Virus record (IMG/VR): IMGVR_UViG_3300030330_004454
Strand: one strand, 5' to 3'
Source of the DNA: an uncultured virus (IMG/VR IMGVR_UViG_3300030330_004454)
Lineage: Duplodnaviria > Heunggongvirae > Uroviricota > Caudoviricetes
DNA length: 64,000 nucleotides
The position numbers and the translations under genes were made by a program. Under the pieces are notes generated by a model. The model was given only the letters and a program-made list of their open reading frames with translations, was not told the origin of the DNA and searched no databases. Positions within the stretch are counted from its first letter, which is position 1; the number at the start of each line of letters is the position of its first letter. Shown here in pieces: positions 8,876-18,884 of the stretch.

Positions 8876-10434
8876 TGATTGATTACAACGACGAAAAAAC
8901 TTGGAACCTCTTCAAAGAAGGTAGAACCAAAGGTGTCTTTCAGCTAGAAAGTAATCTTGGACGCGCTTGGTCGAAAAGACTACAGCCTACCAACCTTGAA
9001 GAACTTGGAGCATTGATTGCCTTGATTAGACCGGGGTCGCTAAAAGCGATAACGGATGGCAAGTCTATGACGCAGCATTACGTTGACAGGAAGAGCGGCT
9101 TGGATGTAATTAAGTATTTGCATGAATCACTAACAGATGTATTACAGTCCACCAAGGGCGTGTTGATTTATCAAGAACAGTCTATGCGTATTGCTCAAGA
9201 GCTTGCAGGCTTCAATCTACAAGAAGCAGACGTGCTTCGTAAGGCGATTGGAAAGAAAAAGGCAGACCTTATGGCTAAAGTCAGAAAAGACTTCTTAGAG
9301 GGTTGTGTGGAGCAGGGTGTCGTAAATGTGGAGACCGCTGAAGAAATCTTTGGCTGGATTGAGAAGTCCTCTAGGTATTCTTTCAACAAATCTCATGCAA
9401 TTTGCTATGCAGAAAACTCGTATAAAAGCGCTTGGTATAAAGCCAATCACACTAAAGAGTTCTTCTTGTCGTACCTAACCTATGCGAATGAAAAGCAAGA
9501 TCCACACCAAGAAGTATACGAACTTGTTTCCGAAGCAAAGCTGTTTGACATAGAAGTAAAAATTCCTAACATCAGCCTATTCAACAAAACATTCGGAGTA
9601 TATAAAAACAATCTTTACTTTGGTCTTAAAGATATTAAATCCCTAACAGGTGTTAATGGTGATAAAGTTATCAAAGCGATACAGGAGACCTGTAGTGAAA
9701 TAAAGAAAAAGCCTAAGCAGTTTAATTGGATGGATGTACTGATATATCTTTCCCCTAAAATAAACGCAACGGCTTTCAAGGCTCTATGTTCTGTTGGTTT
9801 CTTTTCTACGAAGTCTATTGGAGTTACTAGGAATAAAGCTCTCTATGAATATTTGATATTTAAAAACTTAACAAAAGCAGAACTTAAATGGCTAACATTG
9901 AATTATCCTGTGCGAAAATGGAGTAATCTTTACGATGCGTTTAAGGATCTAGCTCCCACAAAGAAAGAGGGAGGCGGAACCAGCAAGGTTGATAGGAAGC
10001 AAGTAATTGAGAATGAAATGTTCTTTATAAAGAACCCTCCATACGACCTATCTGATGATCCAGAATGGATTGTGGAACAAGAGAAGAAATTTTTGGGATG
10101 TCCAGTATCGTTATCTAAAGTCGAAGCGTCTGACACTTCACACTCCAATACTACCTGTAAAGAAATATTGAATGGTAAACATGGTAAAGATATTTGCATA
10201 GTAGCAAACGTTAGTAGATTACAGAAATATAAATGCAAAAAAGGTAAAAGTAAAGGTAAAGATATGTGCTTCTTGACGCTAGAAGATGAAACATGTTCTA
10301 TTGACAACGTGGTAGTCTTTCCAGAAACCACAGAGAAGAATAAGTACATATTGGATGAGGGTTTGAATCTTTTGTTCTGCGGAGAGGTAGAAAAAGACGG
10401 CTCCTTTATTATTAATAAAATTCATGAAATATAA
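8875..10434 (+). CDS. dnaE: DNA polymerase III alpha subunit, C-terminal half (fingers, HhH, OB fold)
   Basis: GVFQLES, ALIRPG, LIYQEQ, ADVLRKAIGKK, YSFNKSHA, EKKFLG and FLTLED. It begins exactly where the N-half leaves off relative to bacterial DnaE. Confidence 0.92.
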   Translation: MIDYNDEKTWNLFKEGRTKGVFQLESNLGRAWSKRLQPTNLEELGALIALIRPGSLKAITDGKSMTQHYVDRKSGLDVIKYLHESLTDVLQSTKGVLIYQEQSMRIAQELAGFNLQEADVLRKAIGKKKADLMAKVRKDFLEGCVEQGVVNVETAEEIFGWIEKSSRYSFNKSHAICYAENSYKSAWYKANHTKEFFLSYLTYANEKQDPHQEVYELVSEAKLFDIEVKIPNISLFNKTFGVYKNNLYFGLKDIKSLTGVNGDKVIKAIQETCSEIKKKPKQFNWMDVLIYLSPKINATAFKALCSVGFFSTKSIGVTRNKALYEYLIFKNLTKAELKWLTLNYPVRKWSNLYDAFKDLAPTKKEGGGTSKVDRKQVIENEMFFIKNPPYDLSDDPEWIVEQEKKFLGCPVSLSKVEASDTSHSNTTCKEILNGKHGKDICIVANVSRLQKYKCKKGKSKGKDMCFLTLEDETCSIDNVVVFPETTEKNKYILDEGLNLLFCGEVEKDGSFIINKIHEI

Positions 10435-10463
10435 TTGACTTTTTACAAATTATATAGTATAAT
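10435..10463 (+). promoter_or_regulatory. Sigma70-type promoter upstream of the ssb-like gene and glycan island
   Basis: TTGACT, 17-nt spacer, TATAAT; RBS AGGAG before ATG 10495. Confidence 0.8.
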
Positions 10464-10494
10464 ATTAAGTAAGACAATCTCATAGGAGACATTG

Positions 10495-10815
10495 ATGAAT
10501 AATTGTACATTTACGGGGTATCTTTTACATGATCCGCAGGTAGATAGCGATGGAGATGGACCATCATGCTGCACCGTAAAGATGATAACTTACGAATATC
10601 GTAAAAATAAGCGCGGAGAAAAAAAGAAAGTTCCAACAACCATTACTCTTCAAGCTTGGGCTAGCGGCGCGGAAACAATAGCCAAACTTGGCAGAAAAGG
10701 AACTAAGATGACCGTATATGCCTCCGCGAGAAATGGTGTGATGAAAACAGACGCTACAGATGACATCCTGTTTAGAGTTAATGAATTTGATTTTGGTTGT
10801 TTAGATAAGGAATAA
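10495..10815 (+). CDS. Single-stranded DNA-binding protein-like (OB fold, short, lacks long acidic tail)
   Basis: MNNCTFTGYLLHDP and LQAWASGAETIAKLGRKGTKM resemble SSB MN.V.L.G.L..DP and W...AE......KG. Confidence 0.7.
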   Translation: MNNCTFTGYLLHDPQVDSDGDGPSCCTVKMITYEYRKNKRGEKKKVPTTITLQAWASGAETIAKLGRKGTKMTVYASARNGVMKTDATDDILFRVNEFDFGCLDKE

Positions 10816-10816
10816 G

Positions 10817-12502
10817 ATGAGAAAGAAAAGAATTCTGTTTTGCAGTGAGGCTACCTTTCTAAACACAGGGTATGCAACTTACACTAGGGAAATCCTGAAC
10901 TACCTGCATAGCACAGGTAAATATGAGATTGCTGAGATGGCATCTTATGGTCAAAAAAATGATCCTAGAGCGGCAAATATTCCGTGGATGTATTATGGTG
11001 TTGCGCCAAATACAGATTACGAACCAAAGTCATCCAAGCAAGAAGTAGATGCGTACAATGCAAATCCTACCAACCAGTTCGGAGCGTGGTGTTTTGAGCA
11101 TGTGTGTCTTGATTTTTTACCAGACTTTGTTTGCGACATTCGCGATTTCTGGATGCTTGACTTTGCGGAACGATCTCCCTTTAGACCTTACTTTAAGTGG
11201 GTCGTGATGCCAACGGTTGACGCAAGACCTCAAGCAAGACAGTGGGTTGCTACATATGCAGGTGCAGATGCTTGTCTGACTTATTCAGACTGGGCAGGAG
11301 GCGTTCTGCAAGATCAGTCTGGTGGTAAAATTAATTATTTGGGTAGCTCACCACCCTCTGCTCATCCAGCATACGCACCGGTGAAAGACAAAGCAGCACA
11401 TAAATTGTCGATGGGTATTGACCCTGAGTACAAAGTTATAGGAACAGTGATGCGAAACCAAAGACGTAAGCTGTATCCAGACTTGTTTGAAGCATTTAAA
11501 AAGTTTCTAGACAAATCAGAGAACAAAAAGTATTATTTGTACTGTCATACATCATATCCAGATTTGGGGTGGGATATACCAGAATTACTACATCAATACG
11601 AATTGGCCTCTCATGTATTATTTACTTACATTTGCCCAGAAACTAAAAAACCATTTGTTTCTACATTTAAGGGCGCGATAGCACAATCCCCTTATACTGG
11701 AAAATGGGGATCGACATTATCTAATGTCAAAAACGGATTGAGTTATGAAGATTTATCAAAAGTAATGAATTGCTTTGACCTTTATGCTCAATATGCAAAC
11801 TGTGAGGGGTTCGGACTACCTCAAGTAGAAGCGGCGGCTTGTGGGGTTCCCGTCTGCGGAACTGATTACTCTGCTATGGAAAGTGTTTTACGGAAGTTAG
11901 GCGGACACCCCATCAAGCCAGCGGCGCTCTACAAAGAGTTAGAAACTGGATGTTTACGCGCAGTTCCAGATAATGAAGCTGCATCAGAATTTTTCTTGGA
12001 TTTTTTCGACGAATCGGACGAATCGCGACATATGAAGGGAGAAAAAACAAGAGAAGCGTTTGAGAAATATTACCAATGGCATCTAAGCGGTTCTGTTTGG
12101 GAAAAATATTTCGACGAAACAGACCCAATCCCGTTTCAACAAGGTTGGGGTTCTCAACCAAGAATAAATCAGCCTGCACCAAAGCTAGACATAAACAAGG
12201 AAAAATATAAGCATAGCGATTTAAGTAAATGGCTTATTGTCAATGTGTTAAAAGATCCAGACAAACTAGGAAGCTTCTTAGAGTCTAGACTCGCAAGAGA
12301 TCTAATCTACCAACAAGCGACTTCTTCTACAGGCGGAATGTATTTTAACGAATCTTCTGCTGCTTTTGATGGTCAAAACCATAGACAGCCCTTCAACTTT
12401 GACATAGCTTATGATCAAATGAAAGGAATGTGCGAACTTAGAAATATGTGGGAAACAAAAAGAACAAAAAGAGTACAACAAATCCAAGGAGTTCAAAAAT
12501 GA
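10817..12502 (+). CDS. GT4-like (GT-B) glycosyltransferase
   Basis: TGYATY, RNQRRK and NCEGFGLPQVEAAACG (ExFGLxxxEA motif). Confidence 0.85.
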   Translation: MRKKRILFCSEATFLNTGYATYTREILNYLHSTGKYEIAEMASYGQKNDPRAANIPWMYYGVAPNTDYEPKSSKQEVDAYNANPTNQFGAWCFEHVCLDFLPDFVCDIRDFWMLDFAERSPFRPYFKWVVMPTVDARPQARQWVATYAGADACLTYSDWAGGVLQDQSGGKINYLGSSPPSAHPAYAPVKDKAAHKLSMGIDPEYKVIGTVMRNQRRKLYPDLFEAFKKFLDKSENKKYYLYCHTSYPDLGWDIPELLHQYELASHVLFTYICPETKKPFVSTFKGAIAQSPYTGKWGSTLSNVKNGLSYEDLSKVMNCFDLYAQYANCEGFGLPQVEAAACGVPVCGTDYSAMESVLRKLGGHPIKPAALYKELETGCLRAVPDNEAASEFFLDFFDESDESRHMKGEKTREAFEKYYQWHLSGSVWEKYFDETDPIPFQQGWGSQPRINQPAPKLDINKEKYKHSDLSKWLIVNVLKDPDKLGSFLESRLARDLIYQQATSSTGGMYFNESSAAFDGQNHRQPFNFDIAYDQMKGMCELRNMWETKRTKRVQQIQGVQK

Positions 12503-13344
12503 AGAAAGCCATAGCACTATTAACCAGAGGTTATAAAACAAACGATGAATACGCTTCTTTTATACAAAGAAATAAGAGCATAGAAGAAAATATTAATAAT
12601 ATTAGAGATTATGATTTTATAGTATTTCATGAAAATAATATAACACTAGAGCAGCAGATTTACATACAAGATCAAACCAATTTAGATTTGCAGTTTTGGG
12701 GTATACCAAAGTTTGAACCTAGAAACCACGAAGTTTTTAAACCAACCGCGCCTTGGGGATGGAACTATCGACACATGTGTAACTTTTGGTTCTCTGGATT
12801 CTTGGATCGCGTCAAAGCATATGATCAATTACTAAGAATAGATGAAGATTGTACTGTTTACTCAAACTTAGATCAAATTTTTGATGCTTTAAATGAAAAA
12901 GTTTGTGTTTACGGAATGTGGTGCGGAGACGACTGGTTTAATGTTCACGGTTTAGACGAATTCTGTAAAGGTATTTTTCCAAACAAACCGAGAAAAGAAA
13001 TAGGCGGGCCTTACACGAACCTAGTTGCTTGGGATCTAAAAAGAATAAGAGCCAATGAAACAGTTAAGGGTTTTATAAAAGCTGTAAATGAATCTGAGGC
13101 AATCTACACCCATAGATGGGGAGATCATATGCTTTGGGGTGAAGCTCTTTACTATGGGTTTGACGAGTCAGAATATTGTGAACTTAAATCTGTAAGTTAC
13201 TATCATGCAAGCTGCCTTACAGAAGTTAATTGCGAGAAAGAGCAAGAAACAGAAATAGAAATAGATATTGAGATTACCCCAGAAGAAGAGCGGTCAGAGT
13301 ATAAGCTGGATTCAGGGCAAGAATATCTAGAGGAAGAAGAATGA
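12499..13344 (+). CDS. GT15 (Kre2/Mnt1)-like glycosyltransferase with acidic C-terminal tail
   Basis: YRHMCNFW, LLRIDED, YTN and IYTHRWGD resemble GT15 motifs (YRHMCRF...RWGD). RBS AGGAG before ATG 12499. Confidence 0.6.
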   Translation: MKKAIALLTRGYKTNDEYASFIQRNKSIEENINNIRDYDFIVFHENNITLEQQIYIQDQTNLDLQFWGIPKFEPRNHEVFKPTAPWGWNYRHMCNFWFSGFLDRVKAYDQLLRIDEDCTVYSNLDQIFDALNEKVCVYGMWCGDDWFNVHGLDEFCKGIFPNKPRKEIGGPYTNLVAWDLKRIRANETVKGFIKAVNESEAIYTHRWGDHMLWGEALYYGFDESEYCELKSVSYYHASCLTEVNCEKEQETEIEIDIEITPEEERSEYKLDSGQEYLEEEE

Positions 13345-14477
13345 AAATATTGTACATAGGACATTACAAAGAATTTGGTGGCTGGTCACAAGCTGCCAAA
13401 GACTACATATTAGCTTTAGATGCATCTGGTGTTGATGTGGTATGCAGAAATGTAACACTTACACAAGATAGAGAAGTATCTGGAAGACTCAAGGAACTAG
13501 AAGAGAAAAGCACAGAAGGTTGCGATATTTGCATTCAGCACGTACTACCGCATCATCTTGTTAGAACAAATAAATTCAAGAAAAACATAGCGTATTTAGC
13601 TTCTGAGTCAACCAGTATAAAGCATCTTAGCTGGCTTGAGCAGCTAAAATTAGTAGACGAAATATGGGTTCCAAACTCAGACCTTAAAGAATCTCTAGAA
13701 GAGGATGGCTTAACACAAAAAATTGTCGTGATTCCCCATACGGTTGACTTAAAAAAATACAAGCAACCATACGGAAAAATAAGTTTTAATAAATCTGAGA
13801 ATACTTTTAAGTTTTACTATGTGGGTGATGTCAATGACAGAAAAAATTTAGAATCAATTATAACTTGTTTTCATAGCGAATTTGAAAAACACGAAAATGT
13901 TTCTTTAGTTTTAAAGACTAAGAAATTTGGTCACACAAAGCAACAGCTTGATGAAGTAATTGACAGTATTTGCAACAAAGTAAAAAGCGATATTAGAATG
14001 TATAGGGATTTGCATTCTTACAAAAAAGATATTCTGATAAGCGAAGAAATATCTAATGATCAGCTTTCGCAGCTACATGCTTCTTGTGACTGCTTTGTAT
14101 GCCCGTCTCATGGAGAAGCTTGGTCTATACCTTCTTTTGACGCTATGGCATTTGGTAATACTCCAATTTGTAGTAATTTTGGCGGTCCCAAAGAGTTTAT
14201 AGAAAAATCAAGCTGGAGGACAGGCACTTTAATTGACGGTGTTTACTCTACCTGTAAGTGTTCTGACTCTGCTTTTCCCGACATGTTTACAGGAAGAGAG
14301 TATTGGTTCCAGCCATGCGAAAAATCAATAAGAAAACAAATGAGACGGTACTATGAATCTTGGTTAAAAGATCCTATATCCTATAAGGCAAGAAATCAAG
14401 CTGCTGGACTTAAATCTGCCGAAAGATTCTCATATGAAAAAATTGCAAAATTGATGTTGGAGACTGTAAATGACTAA
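13341..14477 (+). CDS. GT4-like glycosyltransferase
   Basis: DEIWVPN, DRKNLE and PSHGEAWSIPSFDAMAFG. Confidence 0.8.
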   Translation: MKILYIGHYKEFGGWSQAAKDYILALDASGVDVVCRNVTLTQDREVSGRLKELEEKSTEGCDICIQHVLPHHLVRTNKFKKNIAYLASESTSIKHLSWLEQLKLVDEIWVPNSDLKESLEEDGLTQKIVVIPHTVDLKKYKQPYGKISFNKSENTFKFYYVGDVNDRKNLESIITCFHSEFEKHENVSLVLKTKKFGHTKQQLDEVIDSICNKVKSDIRMYRDLHSYKKDILISEEISNDQLSQLHASCDCFVCPSHGEAWSIPSFDAMAFGNTPICSNFGGPKEFIEKSSWRTGTLIDGVYSTCKCSDSAFPDMFTGREYWFQPCEKSIRKQMRRYYESWLKDPISYKARNQAAGLKSAERFSYEKIAKLMLETVND

Positions 14478-15456
14478 ACAAACTATATCTATATTAAATA
14501 AATCTTTTCAGAAGAAAGATAAATACGACATTCTAACTTTCGACACCCACGAAAGATATCAAACGCAACTTTGTAAAACTGGTCATAATTTTTATTCTTT
14601 TAGATATCAAGACTGCAAAAAGTGGGACACTAGCTACGGAGAAATTCCAGAAAATCACTACGTTTTACCAGAAAATAGTATTCCTAGTGCCGTAGATTTT
14701 GACTTTATAATTTCTCAAAGTAAGTTTGGTCAGTTTCAAGCAGCGGATACTATAAATCAACACCTTAGAATTCCTGTGGTTTCTTTGGAGCATACACTGC
14801 CTATCTCCAATTGGCCTAAGCAACAGCTTGAAGCTTTTAAGTCAATGGTAGGAGACGTGAATGTATTTATTTCAGAATACTCTGCTGGTGAATGGAATAT
14901 GAAATGTGAAAACAAAGTTATTCATCACTCAGTAGATACAGAGCTTTTTAAACCTTCAGAAGCAGATAAAAACGGAAAAGTTCTTAGTGTAGTAAACGAT
15001 TTTGTAAATAGAGATTACTGCTGTAATTACTCTGGCTGGCAAAGAATTACGCAGGGGCTACCAGTTAAACTTGTAGGTAATACTCCGGGTCTTTCAGAAC
15101 CAGCAAAAGACATCCATGAATTAGCCTCAGAGTATCAGGAAGCGTCTGTGTTCTTGAATACGTCTACAGTAAGCCCTGTTCCTACGTCGCTCTTAGAGGC
15201 CATGTCCTGCGGCTGTGCGGTTGTATCTACAGCTACATGTATGATTCCAGAAATCATAGACAATGGCGTTAATGGATACATTTCTAATGACGAGGAAGAT
15301 TTAAAAGGATATATTAAAGAACTGCTTGATGATCCATCGCTAGCGGCTAAGATAGGACAAGCCGCCAGAGAAACTATTCTAGAAAAATTCTCAGAAGATA
15401 AATTTATAAACAATTGGAACGAAATATTTGACCTCGCATACGGGATGAAAAAATGA
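14470..15456 (+). CDS. GT4-like glycosyltransferase
   Basis: SVDTELFKP and PTSLLEAMSCGCAVVST...EIIDNGVNG. Confidence 0.85.
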   Translation: MTKQTISILNKSFQKKDKYDILTFDTHERYQTQLCKTGHNFYSFRYQDCKKWDTSYGEIPENHYVLPENSIPSAVDFDFIISQSKFGQFQAADTINQHLRIPVVSLEHTLPISNWPKQQLEAFKSMVGDVNVFISEYSAGEWNMKCENKVIHHSVDTELFKPSEADKNGKVLSVVNDFVNRDYCCNYSGWQRITQGLPVKLVGNTPGLSEPAKDIHELASEYQEASVFLNTSTVSPVPTSLLEAMSCGCAVVSTATCMIPEIIDNGVNGYISNDEEDLKGYIKELLDDPSLAAKIGQAARETILEKFSEDKFINNWNEIFDLAYGMKK

Positions 15457-15875
15457 AACTACAAATTATACAGGATCAATCAGAAGCTATTGAAGGATAT
15501 AAGTCTGTTTTAGCTACAAATTTTATGCCACCGAACGTTGACGATGTTATAGATAATTCTTGTGAAACTATAAGCATAGGAGACACTTTGGATCTATATT
15601 CAGATGAAGCTAGGGTTAACATACTTGCGTCAGTTCTTAAAAAATTACGTCTTAATGGCGAGTTTTTCTTTTCAGGTACAGAGCCTAGAGCGCTATCTAA
15701 AATGTATATCAATAATCTTATAGGAACAGAAACTTTTTCTAAAGTAGTAGGTAGTACTAATTCAGTTTTAGAAATAGACAAAGCAATTTCACTTGTAGAA
15801 CAGGTTGGGCTTTCTGTAGAGACATCAAATATAAATGGATACAAATATGAAATCAGATCAAGAAGAACTGTTTAA
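15453..15875 (+). CDS. Hypothetical protein, degenerate class I methyltransferase-like
   Basis: DNSCETI...LD...LKKLRLNG resembles the D.S.D.I...LE...L..LKPGG part of Methyltransf_11, but there is no GxGxG SAM loop. Confidence 0.45.
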   Translation: MKLQIIQDQSEAIEGYKSVLATNFMPPNVDDVIDNSCETISIGDTLDLYSDEARVNILASVLKKLRLNGEFFFSGTEPRALSKMYINNLIGTETFSKVVGSTNSVLEIDKAISLVEQVGLSVETSNINGYKYEIRSRRTV

Positions 15876-16620
15876 AGCAGAAACACCATGCAAACAGTGT
15901 TGTTTCTGCGAATATGAAAATTCTTTACAGGTAGGATGTAAAGCCAAAAGGCTGAAGAAATTCACCGACTTAAATCAAATTGCTAGAACTGACAGTTCCG
16001 ACGATAAAACATACTTTGTTATAGATAGATTCTGCAACTACTTTAGAACCGAAGACTGGAAAAGTGACAAGGAAGATAAAGACGCGCTAGATTTAGTAAA
16101 AAGAGAATCTATGTCTAGCTTTGGAATAGTTATTGATTGTGAAGAATATACCGACGAGAAGTTACAAATTACACTAGAATCTTTACAAAAAATAGAGTAT
16201 AATAAGAATTATATAGCAATAGTCTTACATTTAAAAGGCGCAAGTAATATAAATTCTCTTGTTCATGCGATAAATATTCTGAAAAAAGATTATAGAGCAT
16301 CATATCTAGTATCAAATTCTCTAGATGTAAAACATATTAACGATTATGACATATTTTCTAAATGTGCAAACAGAACATATTTTACAACCTTAAAATTGGG
16401 CAGCAAAGTACCGCAAGGTTTATTTTCTAGCATTGACGAATGTTTAAATGAAGATCTGGCTAGAATAGTTTATTTTGAGTCAAGTGAAACAAATACGATA
16501 TTAACCGAACTCGCAAAAAAGAACTATTATGATTATTTGGACTACGATAAAATGCTTGAAGAATTGAAAAATAAATCAAAAGAATCAAACATGTATGGAT
16601 TATATGAAGAAGAAAAATAA
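15835..16620 (+). CDS. Hypothetical protein with N-terminal Cys cluster
   Basis: Long ORF overlapping its neighbours; CKQCCFC...GC...FC motif. Start may be ATG 15847. Confidence 0.6.
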   Translation: MDTNMKSDQEELFKAETPCKQCCFCEYENSLQVGCKAKRLKKFTDLNQIARTDSSDDKTYFVIDRFCNYFRTEDWKSDKEDKDALDLVKRESMSSFGIVIDCEEYTDEKLQITLESLQKIEYNKNYIAIVLHLKGASNINSLVHAINILKKDYRASYLVSNSLDVKHINDYDIFSKCANRTYFTTLKLGSKVPQGLFSSIDECLNEDLARIVYFESSETNTILTELAKKNYYDYLDYDKMLEELKNKSKESNMYGLYEEEK

Positions 16621-17347
16621 TTTTATAATAAGTCCAAAGACAAACGCTGGTTGCCACAAGGACTCCCTGATTACCTGCGTATTGTTAGCAGAGAATTGTG
16701 GATATAGAATGAAGTCTTATGGTCCATTGTCTATGATAGATATCAAAGGTAAAACTTTATTAAAAAGACAGATAGAAGCAATTAAAAGTTGTTTTTTTAA
16801 TTATGAAATTATTATATCTGTAGGCTTTGAATCTAAAAAAATTTCAAACTACATAAGAGAAAAATTCCCTTCTGATAATATAAGAATCGTAGAAAATCAA
16901 ATATATCTAAATTCAAACTGTTGCGAGAGCATTAGACTTTGTTTGAACAACACGATGAATAATAGAATACTTGTAATACCGGGAAATTTATACTTTAAAC
17001 CACACCATCTCTCTGCGCTGGCATATGATAAAAATTTTATATTATCACAAAATTCTAATGTTGATCAATCCTTTGAACTGTCGGTAATACAAAACGAGAG
17101 AAAGCATGTGCAAACAATTTGTTTTGGATTAAAAAATATGTTTTGGTCAGAAATTTTTTTCTTAAAAAACCAAAGTTCAGTAAGCAATTTCTACTCTATA
17201 GTAGATAATATAGACTATAAGAACAAGTTTGCTTTTGAGGCTTTAAATGATTTTAGTAAAAATAATAGATTAGAAGTTTTGAAAAACACAAAAGAAGAAA
17301 TAATAAAGATACATAATATTAAAACACTAAAGAGAGTCATAAAATGA
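16595..17347 (+). CDS. Nucleotidyltransferase-like (GlmU/LicC NTP-transferase fold), degenerate
   Basis: VLLAENCGYRMKSYGPLSMIDIKGKTLL parallels IILAAGxGxRM...PK.L..I.GKPLL; also IIISVGF and IVENQIY. Confidence 0.6.
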   Translation: MDYMKKKNNFIISPKTNAGCHKDSLITCVLLAENCGYRMKSYGPLSMIDIKGKTLLKRQIEAIKSCFFNYEIIISVGFESKKISNYIREKFPSDNIRIVENQIYLNSNCCESIRLCLNNTMNNRILVIPGNLYFKPHHLSALAYDKNFILSQNSNVDQSFELSVIQNERKHVQTICFGLKNMFWSEIFFLKNQSSVSNFYSIVDNIDYKNKFAFEALNDFSKNNRLEVLKNTKEEIIKIHNIKTLKRVIK

Positions 17348-18177
17348 AAATATTGATACAAAATTACGCATCACCAATTAGTAGCGAGCCACTTTACTTT
17401 AATCAAACCTTTAGTATGACGGAGGGTTTAGAGTCATTGCTTTGGTCGCCTAGCTCAATTGGTGTCTTTGACGTTTTTGACAAATTTCAGCCAGATGCCT
17501 TTGTCTGCCATCACATGGGGGTAACAAATGAGATTTTAACATATTTAGCTTCAAACACAAAAATTAAAGTAGCTGTTAACATTACAAATATATCTAAAGA
17601 AAATCTAGATCTTTTAGAAAAGTTGATTAGTGAAAATAATATAAACTGTGAGTTTATGTTTTCCAATAACTATGATTTTATAGATCAATGTAAACCTCAA
17701 TCTAATGTTTACAAAAAAATACTGCCATGTGCAGATATCTATTTTTCGCCAAGTCAAGTGCCTGACTACAATTTAGAAGCAGCTATAATAGCAAATACTT
17801 ATAACGAAAAGATTAAAGATTTAGAAAGCAACTATAAATCGTATCATAAGATGAAAATTGGGACAGAGCAAGCTGACGATTTTGACATGAATGTTAATAT
17901 TATAATGCTTTCTTCTCTTTACGAAAAGTACGAAGAAATTGTTATATGCGATACGCTAGATATTGCTTTTTCTCAAATATTTTTTGATGCCTTTTTAAAG
18001 GCTAAAAAAGTTTCAGTAAAGTTGCCAGACGATCAAGAACATCTTTTTACGAAAGCGCTTGCAGAAATTTTTGAAGACGAAGAAGAAGATGATATGCTAA
18101 ACAAGATCAAAAATCAAATAAAAACAAATCACACCTCTGTCAACAGGTCTCGTCAACTAATTGAGGGATTGGTATGA
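17344..18177 (+). CDS. Hypothetical protein (possible degenerate GT-B/CgeB-like)
   Basis: MKILIQ start, FQPDAF and C-terminal NHTSVNRSRQL similar to CgeB-like HT..HR. Confidence 0.5.
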   Translation: MKILIQNYASPISSEPLYFNQTFSMTEGLESLLWSPSSIGVFDVFDKFQPDAFVCHHMGVTNEILTYLASNTKIKVAVNITNISKENLDLLEKLISENNINCEFMFSNNYDFIDQCKPQSNVYKKILPCADIYFSPSQVPDYNLEAAIIANTYNEKIKDLESNYKSYHKMKIGTEQADDFDMNVNIIMLSSLYEKYEEIVICDTLDIAFSQIFFDAFLKAKKVSVKLPDDQEHLFTKALAEIFEDEEEDDMLNKIKNQIKTNHTSVNRSRQLIEGLV

Positions 18178-18884
18178 ATATACTAATTCAATTTCCTACG
18201 TTTGCTAGACCTGAAAAATTTTTATCATGTCTTTCTAAGTACGTAGCTATGTCCAGTGGTAAAAATAATTTACATTTTAATATAAATTGTGATATAGATG
18301 ATACCACAATGAATAATAGCAAATCTGTTGAAGCGGTGCATACTATATTCAGAAACACAGATCACTGCGATTTTGATATGTATTTTGACAAAAATACCAA
18401 TAAGATATCAGCAATAAACGATCATATAGAAAATAAAGATTTTGATATTGTAATTTGCGCTTCAGATGATATGATACCACAAGAAGAAAACTGGGATGAA
18501 GTTATTGCGAGCGATATGCGGGTGTATTTTCCCCAACTAAATGGCGCTCTGCACTATTTTGATGGATACCAAAAAGAAAATCTAATAACGTTATCTATAC
18601 TTGGTAGGGAGCTTTACAGTCATTTTGGTTACATATATCACCCTGATTATAAAAGTTTGTACTGTGACAACGAATTCACCCAATCTGTATACAACCTCGG
18701 AAGAGTTAAGTACATAGATAATTTGATAATTAAACATGAACACTATGGAGAAAAAGATAATTCTAATTCTGGAGACTTTGATCTTTCTGCGCAAAAAACT
18801 TTAACATTTGCAGGAAGAGACCAAACGGTATTTGAAAGAAGAAAAGAACTAGGATTTCCAAAACAAAGAATTACCAATGACTAA
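18174..18884 (+). CDS. GT2-like (GT-A) glycosyltransferase
   Basis: FPTFARP, KISAIN, ASDDM, YCDNEF and IKHEH. Confidence 0.75.
   Translation: MNILIQFPTFARPEKFLSCLSKYVAMSSGKNNLHFNINCDIDDTTMNNSKSVEAVHTIFRNTDHCDFDMYFDKNTNKISAINDHIENKDFDIVICASDDMIPQEENWDEVIASDMRVYFPQLNGALHYFDGYQKENLITLSILGRELYSHFGYIYHPDYKSLYCDNEFTQSVYNLGRVKYIDNLIIKHEHYGEKDNSNSGDFDLSAQKTLTFAGRDQTVFERRKELGFPKQRITND

Noticed and set aside
7560..8900. Split intein or self-splicing intron joining the two dnaE halves
   Set aside because: There is no Cys/Ser-initiated intein N-block at the end of the N-half and no His-Asn/Cys junction at the start of the C-half. The intervening DNA is fully occupied by two overlapping protein genes, leaving no room for a ribozyme core.
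6006..10434. dnaE as a broken pseudogene
   Set aside because: Both halves keep their key motifs, have proper starts and coupled junctions, and sit behind a consensus promoter.
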